Notes under the pieces: model-generated
What the model was told of the DNA's origin: nothing
Seen by the model: the letters and a program-made list of their open reading frames with translations, nothing else
Databases searched by the model: none
Virus record (IMG/VR): IMGVR_UViG_3300013119_001061
Source: a virus
DNA: 64,000 bases
Strand: one strand, 5' to 3'
In this document: positions 20,636 through 28,771 of the stretch, one piece after another
Layout: each line of letters opens with the position of its first letter
Numbering within the stretch: the stretch's first letter is position 1
Position numbers and translations under genes: made by a program

Positions 20636-20651
20636 AAAGGAATTTATAGAA

Positions 20652-22286
20652 ATGCCTCACAACTGGAAGAAATACTTTCCGTTTGAAAATCCTAGAGACC
20701 CACAAATCCAGGCAATTAATTTTGCTCTAAATGCACTTGTAGTGAACAGTAAAAAATTTACAATTTTAGAGTGTGGGACTGGAGTAGGAAAGTCAGCCAT
20801 TGGCCTCACAGCCGCGCGCGTTCTTAATTTAATGTATAACCCAGAGGATGACGGCGAACCTCTCAAGGCATCATATTTTGTGACCACCCAGAAAATCCTA
20901 CAAGAACAATACATTAAAGATTTTGGTGAACCCGCAGGACAAATGAAGTCAATCAAATCATCTTCAAACTATGGTTGTAGATTCCACAAAGGAAACACTT
21001 GTGCGGAATCACGTCAACTACTCAGAACAGAAGACAGAGGGACAAAGTTCTTTAAGACATGCACAATGAACTGTGTATACAAAAAGGCTAAAGAGGCATT
21101 CCTTGGGTCACCCGAGTCAGTTGTCAACTTTCCTTACTTCTTGACTGAGGCAACCTACAGTGGCGGAATCACCCCAAGACATGTGCTAGTGCTAGATGAG
21201 GCACACAACATCGAACAAGAACTCAGTCGATTTATTGAGATTTCTGTGTCTGAGTGGTTCTCAAAGAAGACGCTAAAAGCAGGCTGGACATCCTCTGAGA
21301 CACAATTCCAGGCATATAAATGGGTTAGAGATATATACTTCGAAAAAGTAGAAGCCCGGCTCAAGCACATCGAAGGAATGATGAGCAAATACGGTGGCCT
21401 CCAAGACAAACTTGATGAGATGATGAACTTTGCAACACAAATGGAGATGCTTAAGTCTCATGTTGATAAGATCAAGGTGTTCCTCAAGCACTATGATAAA
21501 GACAACTGGATTGTAGAGTTCGATAACTTCAAGGGACGAGGCAAACGCCGCATCACATTCAAGCCCGTAGATGTATCCAAGTTTGCGTCTGACTACCTGT
21601 TTCGTCTCGGGAACAAGGTATTAATGATGTCAGCGACGATCCTTGACAGAGACTCATTCTGTCAATCTCTGGGTATCCCTGCGAATGATGTTGAGTTTAT
21701 CTCTATTCCGTCTCCGTTCCCTGTTGACAATCGACCAATTGTTGAGCTTCCCGTCGGCCCAATGAACATGAAGAACATTGAAAACACACTTCCCAAGATG
21801 GCCAAGGTCATTCAAGAGCTACTTGACTCCCACCCAGATGAGTCTGGGATCATCCACACACACACTTATAAAGTCGCGAAGCACCTAAAGGAAAACATCA
21901 AGACAGATCGATTCTTGCTGCATGATTCTGATAATCGCGATGAGATCCTAAAAGAACACATCAAGTCAGGCAAACCGACAGTCTTGCTTAGTCCATCAAT
22001 GTCAGAAGGCGTAGATCTCAGAGACGACTGTTCAAGATTCCAGATCATTTGCAAGATTCCGTATCCGTATCTAGGAGACAAAGTTGTGAAAAAGAGAATG
22101 AATAAGTGGCCCGGGTGGTATCCGCTGCAGACTGCGAAAACAATCGTCCAGTCAGTAGGCCGAAGCATCAGATCTGAAGATGACTACGCTGTGACATACA
22201 TTCTAGATTCGCAGTGGGGCTACTTCTACAAGCGTAACAAGAAGTTCTTCCCTGCTGATTTCCAAAACTGCTTGAGGAGGACATAA
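20652..22286 (+). CDS. DinG/XPD-family SF2 helicase
   Basis: GTGVGKS, four-Cys Fe-S region, DEAHN, MSAT, EGVD, QSVGRSIR. Confidence 0.9.
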   Translation: MPHNWKKYFPFENPRDPQIQAINFALNALVVNSKKFTILECGTGVGKSAIGLTAARVLNLMYNPEDDGEPLKASYFVTTQKILQEQYIKDFGEPAGQMKSIKSSSNYGCRFHKGNTCAESRQLLRTEDRGTKFFKTCTMNCVYKKAKEAFLGSPESVVNFPYFLTEATYSGGITPRHVLVLDEAHNIEQELSRFIEISVSEWFSKKTLKAGWTSSETQFQAYKWVRDIYFEKVEARLKHIEGMMSKYGGLQDKLDEMMNFATQMEMLKSHVDKIKVFLKHYDKDNWIVEFDNFKGRGKRRITFKPVDVSKFASDYLFRLGNKVLMMSATILDRDSFCQSLGIPANDVEFISIPSPFPVDNRPIVELPVGPMNMKNIENTLPKMAKVIQELLDSHPDESGIIHTHTYKVAKHLKENIKTDRFLLHDSDNRDEILKEHIKSGKPTVLLSPSMSEGVDLRDDCSRFQIICKIPYPYLGDKVVKKRMNKWPGWYPLQTAKTIVQSVGRSIRSEDDYAVTYILDSQWGYFYKRNKKFFPADFQNCLRRT

Positions 22287-23047
22287 TGCCAGACGATGAT
22301 GATATGGGAAAAATCATTGAGTTTCCAATGCACAGGGTTCAAAGACGTCAAGCAGAATTCAATGATGATATTTATGATGGAGGAATTCAAGACTTTAATC
22401 CTGAAGTTATGTCTGATCCACAGCTGGGCAGAACTGTCTTATCGTGTCCCCCATATGTAATCGGTGATATCTTTGACACAATCTTTTGGGCACGCAGACT
22501 ATCATGGATGTTTAAGGTAGGGATTGCAGTCGAGCATCCTGTCATCGAGGAAGTCAGCCCTGAGATCGTATCTGCTACTGATGTTAAATTTAAAGATAGA
22601 TCATTTGATATTATGTGGTTTGATGAGGATAAATGCATTAGTGTGTTCAAGATTAAGATAGATAAGCCGTTAAAAAAAGGCGAGCTAGATAAGGCAAATA
22701 AAATTCTCAAAGGCAAGGGTTTAGGAAATATACCTCGAAGACTAATATCACTTTTTGAGCCAAACCCAGACTTTATTGAGCCTGAATGGACAGTAATCCC
22801 ATTAGCTGATTTTATTAACCCGATGTATGATATTTCAGGGATTATTGCTGGAAATGAAGATTTGTCACGATCAATTGCAAATTGTTCATCATTCGTTTAT
22901 TTAGTTGATGAGATTATTACACGCTTCTATGAATCTCAAGCAAATAATAACAAAGAAACACAGGTAGCAATGAAATATTTTGCGCAGCAAATGGGCATAT
23001 ATGGGATAATGTGTAAATCATTAAAATCAGGAACTGGACTTTTCTAA
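22286..23047 (+). CDS. Hypothetical protein
   Basis: Long ORF coupled to helicase stop. Confidence 0.65.
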   Translation: MPDDDDMGKIIEFPMHRVQRRQAEFNDDIYDGGIQDFNPEVMSDPQLGRTVLSCPPYVIGDIFDTIFWARRLSWMFKVGIAVEHPVIEEVSPEIVSATDVKFKDRSFDIMWFDEDKCISVFKIKIDKPLKKGELDKANKILKGKGLGNIPRRLISLFEPNPDFIEPEWTVIPLADFINPMYDISGIIAGNEDLSRSIANCSSFVYLVDEIITRFYESQANNNKETQVAMKYFAQQMGIYGIMCKSLKSGTGLF

Positions 23048-23101
23048 ATTGTGCAAACCAAAATAAGCATCATATAATACAGACATAAAAGGAGCTACTT
23101 T

Positions 23102-24970
23102 ATGGGCGGTCTATACGGGCACATGAGTCATATTCACGAGGATCTTGATCTTTCGTTTAATAATATCATTGATATTCTTCAAAACCTTTCTGAGTTTCGA
23201 ATCGAGCCATTTGAAAAAATGGATGGTCAAAATATTAATTTCACGGTTGACTCCGATGACAACATTCGACTAGCTCGAAACAAAGGAAACATCCAGGCAG
23301 GCGGCTTAAGCACAGCTGAATATTCTGCAATGTGGAAAGATCATCCAGCACAAGAGTCATTTATGCGAGGATTCGAGGCAATCCAAGCAGTGCTCAGAGT
23401 CTTGTCAAGCGAAGAGAAGCAATCTTTATTCGCCACCGGCAATAGATATCAAAACGCGGAGATCGTCTATCCCGAGGGAAAAAATATCATCAAGTACGAT
23501 GCACCAATGATCCGTCTTCATGAGGCTGCAATCCTATTTGATCGTGAATCTGGATTGCAGGTTGAAAACGACCGCGAGGCTTTTGCAGTAGCAAAGAAGC
23601 TGGGTGATATCATCGGTCATCTTAAAGTGGCAGTTCGAGGAGAAGAATGGCAAATCAGGAAGCCCAACAATGTAGTTCTTAACGTAATCAATCGGACTCA
23701 TTTTGAGACTGCTGCAAGCCGCTTAGAAACGCTAGCCGGCTACTACGTTACTCGCCCAATCTCTGACTGGGTTGAAAGCAAGATCAGGCCCGATCTTTTG
23801 CAGCAAGGGCTAAATGAAAATGTCATCAATCATGTAGTCAATGCCATGCTGCGCAAGCAAGGTGCAATGACAGCTGTTCAAATCAAGAAGTTAGTTCCAA
23901 AAGATCAAAAGTCAATTGTGTCTCAATACGCAACAAAGTTGACTGCAGCTAAAAGAATCAAAGAGAAGACTGCAGATATCGAGATGATCATTAACGATTT
24001 CGCAATGGAGCTGCTAAGAGACATTCCCTCTGAGTTCGTTAATAATCACAACATCGAAGTTCAGAGAATACAAAGAGAATTACAGCAGTCAATTACGACA
24101 CTACAACATGCAGCATCAGCCGGTGACATGTCTGCCAGGGACTTGCTAAGCAAACAAATGCCAAAGCTGGGAAGTGTATCAAAATTAACTTCATCGCTTG
24201 AAGGCATTGTATTTCAATATCCGAAAAACTCAGGCAGAATCTATAAGCTCACCGGTGCCTTTGCAATGACCAACCAGCTAATTGGGCGCGCAACCAGGAT
24301 GAATGTGCCGTCTGGCCCACTGGACAAAACAAAAGCTGCTTCTCAAAAGATTGCACTAATCCCAATGTCGGCCAAGCCCTATCACAAAGGTCATCATATG
24401 CAGGTTCGGCATGCATCGGCAACTTGTGATCATGTATATGTCTATGTTTCCCCTACAGACAGACAAAGAAAAGGAGAGCTCCCCGTCTTTGCCTCAAGCT
24501 TGAAGACATACTGGAGAGATCATATTATTCCAAGCTTGCCCGATAATGTAACTGCAATCACTACGGGATATTCTATGTTTGGCCTGAACCATCACCCGTT
24601 AGCATCACCCGTGTCAGCTGTATACGCCCACCTTGAGTCTGCAGAATCTGCGGGAAGCAACAATACTTTCTACATATACTCAGATGAAAAAGATACAGGC
24701 AATGCATTCCCAGAAAAAAGCGTAATCAAAAGCGCATCATCATTGCATGCAAATAAGCAAATCAAGTTCCCGGGAGTCGAAGACAAAAATAGCTTGCCCA
24801 GAGTTGCCAGCGGTACAGAAGTCAGAAAAGCAGTGTCAGATAACAACTTTGATACATTCAGAAGCTTAATTCCCGATTTTATGTCAACCAAAGACAAACG
24901 AAGTCTGTTCACGATCCTCAGAATGCCAGAATCAAAAATGGGAAATCTAATGCCAATTTCAATGGGATAG
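23102..24970 (+). CDS. Two-domain phage protein: ligase-like nucleotidyltransferase N-domain + HIGH-type cytidylyltransferase-like C-domain
   Basis: GHMSH, EKMDG, EGIVF, YKLTG; C-terminal SAKPYHKGH and SGTEVRK; promoter GTGCAA-N16-TATAAT at 23051. Confidence 0.65.
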   Translation: MGGLYGHMSHIHEDLDLSFNNIIDILQNLSEFRIEPFEKMDGQNINFTVDSDDNIRLARNKGNIQAGGLSTAEYSAMWKDHPAQESFMRGFEAIQAVLRVLSSEEKQSLFATGNRYQNAEIVYPEGKNIIKYDAPMIRLHEAAILFDRESGLQVENDREAFAVAKKLGDIIGHLKVAVRGEEWQIRKPNNVVLNVINRTHFETAASRLETLAGYYVTRPISDWVESKIRPDLLQQGLNENVINHVVNAMLRKQGAMTAVQIKKLVPKDQKSIVSQYATKLTAAKRIKEKTADIEMIINDFAMELLRDIPSEFVNNHNIEVQRIQRELQQSITTLQHAASAGDMSARDLLSKQMPKLGSVSKLTSSLEGIVFQYPKNSGRIYKLTGAFAMTNQLIGRATRMNVPSGPLDKTKAASQKIALIPMSAKPYHKGHHMQVRHASATCDHVYVYVSPTDRQRKGELPVFASSLKTYWRDHIIPSLPDNVTAITTGYSMFGLNHHPLASPVSAVYAHLESAESAGSNNTFYIYSDEKDTGNAFPEKSVIKSASSLHANKQIKFPGVEDKNSLPRVASGTEVRKAVSDNNFDTFRSLIPDFMSTKDKRSLFTILRMPESKMGNLMPISMG

Positions 24971-24998
24971 ATATTTATCTTCAGAGGCGGAGATAGAT

Positions 24999-25502
24999 AT
25001 GTACGATTTTTTAGAATCCCATATGTGGGTTACATACTCACTAACAATGACAATGCTATTCCTTGGATTGCTTAAGACAAAGCTGCTTCACGGGCTCAAG
25101 CCCATCATTATTGAGGGCAGCAAAATCCCAGCAATACTTTCATATATTGCTCCGCTCACAATCGGAGCCATCTCAATATTCCCATTCGTAATTGCGAGAG
25201 CCCCAAAAGGCACAATGTCTGAGACAACTCGACGACATGAGACAATACACTTCCACCAGACGATGGAGCTATTAATAGTCGGAATGCTAGCAATCTATTT
25301 GTATGACTATTTTGTCGGGCTAATCAAATATAGAAACGATTGGGAAGGACAAAACAACTCCAGAGGTTGGCCGTATTTATCTGCAGGAAATAAGGCATAT
25401 CATAGAACCCGCGCAGAGCAAGAAGCATATGAGTCAGAAGACATTGAGGATTACCTCGTTAATCGCAAACGCTGGGCATGGATCAAAAAATACAAGGTGT
25501 AA
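24999..25502 (+). CDS. Membrane-associated HExxH protein
   Basis: RHETIH..EQEAY; hydrophobic segments. Confidence 0.6.
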   Translation: MYDFLESHMWVTYSLTMTMLFLGLLKTKLLHGLKPIIIEGSKIPAILSYIAPLTIGAISIFPFVIARAPKGTMSETTRRHETIHFHQTMELLIVGMLAIYLYDYFVGLIKYRNDWEGQNNSRGWPYLSAGNKAYHRTRAEQEAYESEDIEDYLVNRKRWAWIKKYKV

Positions 25503-25574
25503 ATCGCACCAAGCTGCTGTATAATATAAATGATTCAATAAAGGGGTCAGAATACGGAGTCGACGTTATGTCGA

Positions 25575-25982
25575 GTGTACTATAAATTAAAAGCCATTGC
25601 TCAGAATTATTCTGAAAATGCACACAATTACAACATCTCAGCATGCGTCACAGTAGGCAAGACGAGGTTCTACGGCTGGAACAGCTATGACACTCATCCA
25701 TTTGCCAAGCGTGAGCTCAAGTGTTCATCTACTGGCGAGAGCGTGGTAAGTTATTGCTACCATGCTGAGGTTCATGCACTTCAAAAGGCACTGAGGTTCA
25801 CGCAGAAAATGAAATCCGCTGATATTGCGGTAGCAAGAGTTCTGGCAGATGGAAGCTTTACAATGGCAAAGCCCTGTGAACACTGCCAGGGTAAAATGAG
25901 AGATATTGGCATCAATCCATCAAAGATCAAGTATACGAATTGGGATGGAAACTTTGTTACGCTTAATTCGTATGAGTGTTGA
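25575..25982 (+). CDS. Zn-dependent cytidine/deoxycytidylate deaminase-fold protein
   Basis: HAE and PCEHC motifs; promoter GTGTAA-N17-TATAAT at 25497. Confidence 0.8.
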   Translation: MYYKLKAIAQNYSENAHNYNISACVTVGKTRFYGWNSYDTHPFAKRELKCSSTGESVVSYCYHAEVHALQKALRFTQKMKSADIAVARVLADGSFTMAKPCEHCQGKMRDIGINPSKIKYTNWDGNFVTLNSYEC

Positions 25983-26046
25983 AAATCTACAAATCTCCTG
26001 GTTATAATCAAATACAAATCACTTATAAAGTGGGAAGGTAAATAAT

Positions 26047-27762
26047 TTGTCACATTCAGATACGAAAGGAGACTTCGGAAGCTTTGTGCGCCCCAATCGA
26101 TTCGTCGGTTTACACGGGCACTCAGGCTTCTCGTAGTCGACTTACGACGGACTCGGCTATCCAGCTCAGCATATTGACTTCGTTCTTGACAACGAAATGG
26201 ATGCATGGGCACTAACTGACCACGGTCACGGCTCTGGCTTAGCACATGCTCACAAGCACTTCGACAAAATGAAGAAGGCCGGCCGCAAGTATCGGCAGGT
26301 ATACGGTGTTGAGTTCTACTTCGTCGAGGATCTCGATGTTTGGAAGCAAAACTACCTGGGTCACAAAGAAAAAGTCAAGGCTGAGAGAGATGCAAAGAAA
26401 GCTGAGAAGCTTGCAACAACCGATCTAAGCTCTGACAATGAAGATGATCTCAAATCTGAAGGACACACCATTGAGAATGAGGAGGAGTCAAAAGGCGGAG
26501 GTAAGGGGAAACCCGAATGGATGCGCCGCTATCACCTCGTAATCACTGCAAGAAACGCAGCAGGCCTAGCCAATCTTTTCACGCTAGTAAAGAGAGGATA
26601 CACCGACGGCTTCTATCGGTTCCCACGAATTGACTTCAAGCTTCTCAAGCAATACAGCGAAGGTCTAACTGTAAGCTCAGCATGCATTGGCGGAATTACC
26701 GCAGGACGAACATTCCAGCAATTCCCGGGCGTTGATTTCATGGATCTTAAGCCTGATTTGCTAGATGACCCGTCAAAGATGAAGAATCTGATGGGTGTGC
26801 TCGGAAACATAACAGATCGGTTTGTCGATGCAGTAGGACAAGACAACTTCTTCTATGAGCTGCAGTTCAATAAGCTCCCAGCCCAGCATCTATCTAACCG
26901 TGCGCTTCTCGAACTACACGATCAGACGGGAATCGGGCTTATCACCACATGTGACTCCCACTATCCCGGCAAAGAATTATGGGAAGCCCGGGAGCTATAT
27001 AAGAAGCTAGGCTGGATGGGAAATGATCCGTCACCTTTGCCGAAGTTCGACGAGCTAAAGTGTGAGCTTTATCCAAAAAATGCCTCAGAGGTGTGGGATG
27101 AGTTCGACCGCGACTGGCATGCCTATGACTTTTACAAAGGCAGGGAAGAGCTTATTAGAGATAGTGTAGAGAGGACACACGATATTGTCTGGGATCGTTA
27201 TGAAGATGTATGGGTCGACTCTAAGGCTAAGCTACCAAACTATGCTGTGCCTCAAAAGGGACATGCATGCTATCCTGAGGCACCCAAAGATACACCCTTT
27301 CAGCAGCTTGGAAAGCTTGTAAAAGCAGCAATGATCAGTCATGATATGGCCGAAAAACCTGAGTATGTTGCGAGGATCAAAGAAGAGCTAGCTGACATTA
27401 AGTTCCTCGGATTTGAAAACTACTTCCTGACAATGTATGATGTTTTCCACTTGGCCGAGAAGAAAACTCTCTTTGGGCCTGGCCGCGGCTGCTTTTTACC
27501 TGATACACGTGTAAAAATGTCCGACGGATTAATGAACACAATTGAAGCAATTTCTCCCGGTGATCACGTAATTGACGCATACGGAGAAAGTCAAGAGGTT
27601 ATAAAGAAGTTTGTATATGATATCGAGGAAGATATTGTTGAGCTTGAATTTGATGATGGTATCGTAATTAAGTGCACAGTAGATCATAAGTTCTTGACGT
27701 CAAATCGAGGATGGGTTGAGGCTCAAAACTTAAGCGACGAAGATGTTATTGTTGATGTTTGA
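26047..27762 (+). CDS. dnaE: DNA polymerase III alpha N-fragment (PHP + palm start) fused to split-intein N-half; in-frame TAG at 26134-26136
   Basis: Frame reads MSHSD..FVGLHGHSGFS*STYDGLGYP..MDAWALTDHG..YGVE..SAC..DSHY..GPGRG|CFLPDT; GGAAGG RBS before TTG 26047. Confidence 0.88.
27490..27759 (+). mobile_element. Split intein N-half (90 aa) of DnaE
   Basis: Block A CFLPDTRV, block B CTVDHKF, GWVEAQNL then stop. Confidence 0.92.
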
Positions 27763-27823
27763 TATTTATAAATAGTTTAGTTATTCGACCCGGCCCGATA
27801 TACTTATATTGAGAGGGCAAAAT

Positions 27824-28771
27824 ATGAAAACTCGAAAAACACTTTCAAAAGAAAACAAAAAATATATTGACAAACTTCTAGCAGGCAATGACCAGATGTT
27901 TATTAGTCAAGAGATGCTCGAAGTCATTAAGAAAGAAACTGGCCTGACAAGAATGGCGATAAAGCACCAGATATATGATCTTGAATTTGATTATAATTTT
28001 GGGTATTCATGGGGTGAGTTTGATAACAAGACACCCGGAAAGGCACGAGTTTATTTTAGATGCAAGACGTGTAATTGCAAATACAGCATGTTAGCGATCA
28101 AGCTTAGAGGACGAACGTATAGCAACGACCCGATATGCCCAGATCACTATGCTAAGATTGTGACTTCGTCAAAAGTGTGGCGAGAAAAGAATAGAAGTGC
28201 ACAGCTTGTTTCGCAAAATTTACCAGAGGCAAAAGAGAAGCAACGAGTTTCACAACTTCGACGACATGCACAGCCCGGAATGAAAGAAAAATATCGCCAG
28301 ATCGGCTTAACACTGTGGAAAGATCCGGAGTATGCAAAAAGAGTATCAAGCTCACTTCGAGAAAAATGGAAAGATCCGGAGTATGCAAACAAGGTGATGA
28401 ATAACTCAAAGCAACAATATCATGGTAGCTACAGCGGAATGAGGTATCAAAGCTTAATTGAACTATCTTTTATTCTGTGGATGGTTAGTGTAAAAAGAAA
28501 TATTGGGCGTTATAATCTAGAGGGAATAAAATGGGATGGAAACAGAAGCTATTATCCTGATTTTATTGTTGATGGAAATCTAATAGTTGAAGTCAAGGGG
28601 ACCTTAAAGGGATTTATGTATCAAAGAGAAGACGAGATAAAGAGAAAGCAATCTGCTTTAATAGAGTGGTGCAAAGACAGAAAATATGAGCAAAGAATTG
28701 TTGTAAAGAAAGACATACCGAAAGAATTCTACGAGAAGGCAAGGAAAGTGCATGACAAAATTAATCTCTAA
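27824..28771 (+). mobile_element. Free-standing homing endonuclease (PD-(D/E)xK type) between the dnaE halves
   Basis: YQSLIEL, YYPDF..VEVKG; WKDPEY repeat. Confidence 0.8.
28316..28389 (+). repeat. 23-nt direct repeat TGGAAAGATCCGGAGTATGCAAA (x2) encoding WKDPEYA
   Basis: Copies at 28316-28338 and 28367-28389. Confidence 0.85.

Noticed and set aside
25556-25585. GGAG-ATG mini-ORF (MSSVL*) in a TCGAC/GTCGA hairpin, out of frame with the deaminase
   Set aside because: Could be regulatory, but it is too short to distinguish from chance and has no plausible shift site
26197-27762. ATG 26197 as the true dnaE start
   Set aside because: No RBS, and conserved PHP sequence continues in frame upstream on both sides of the TAG
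27763-28751. Group I intron around the dnaE or IMPDH endonuclease genes
   Set aside because: Non-coding flanks are only about 50-60 nt, too short for a ribozyme core; intein halves with their own stop and start explain the layout
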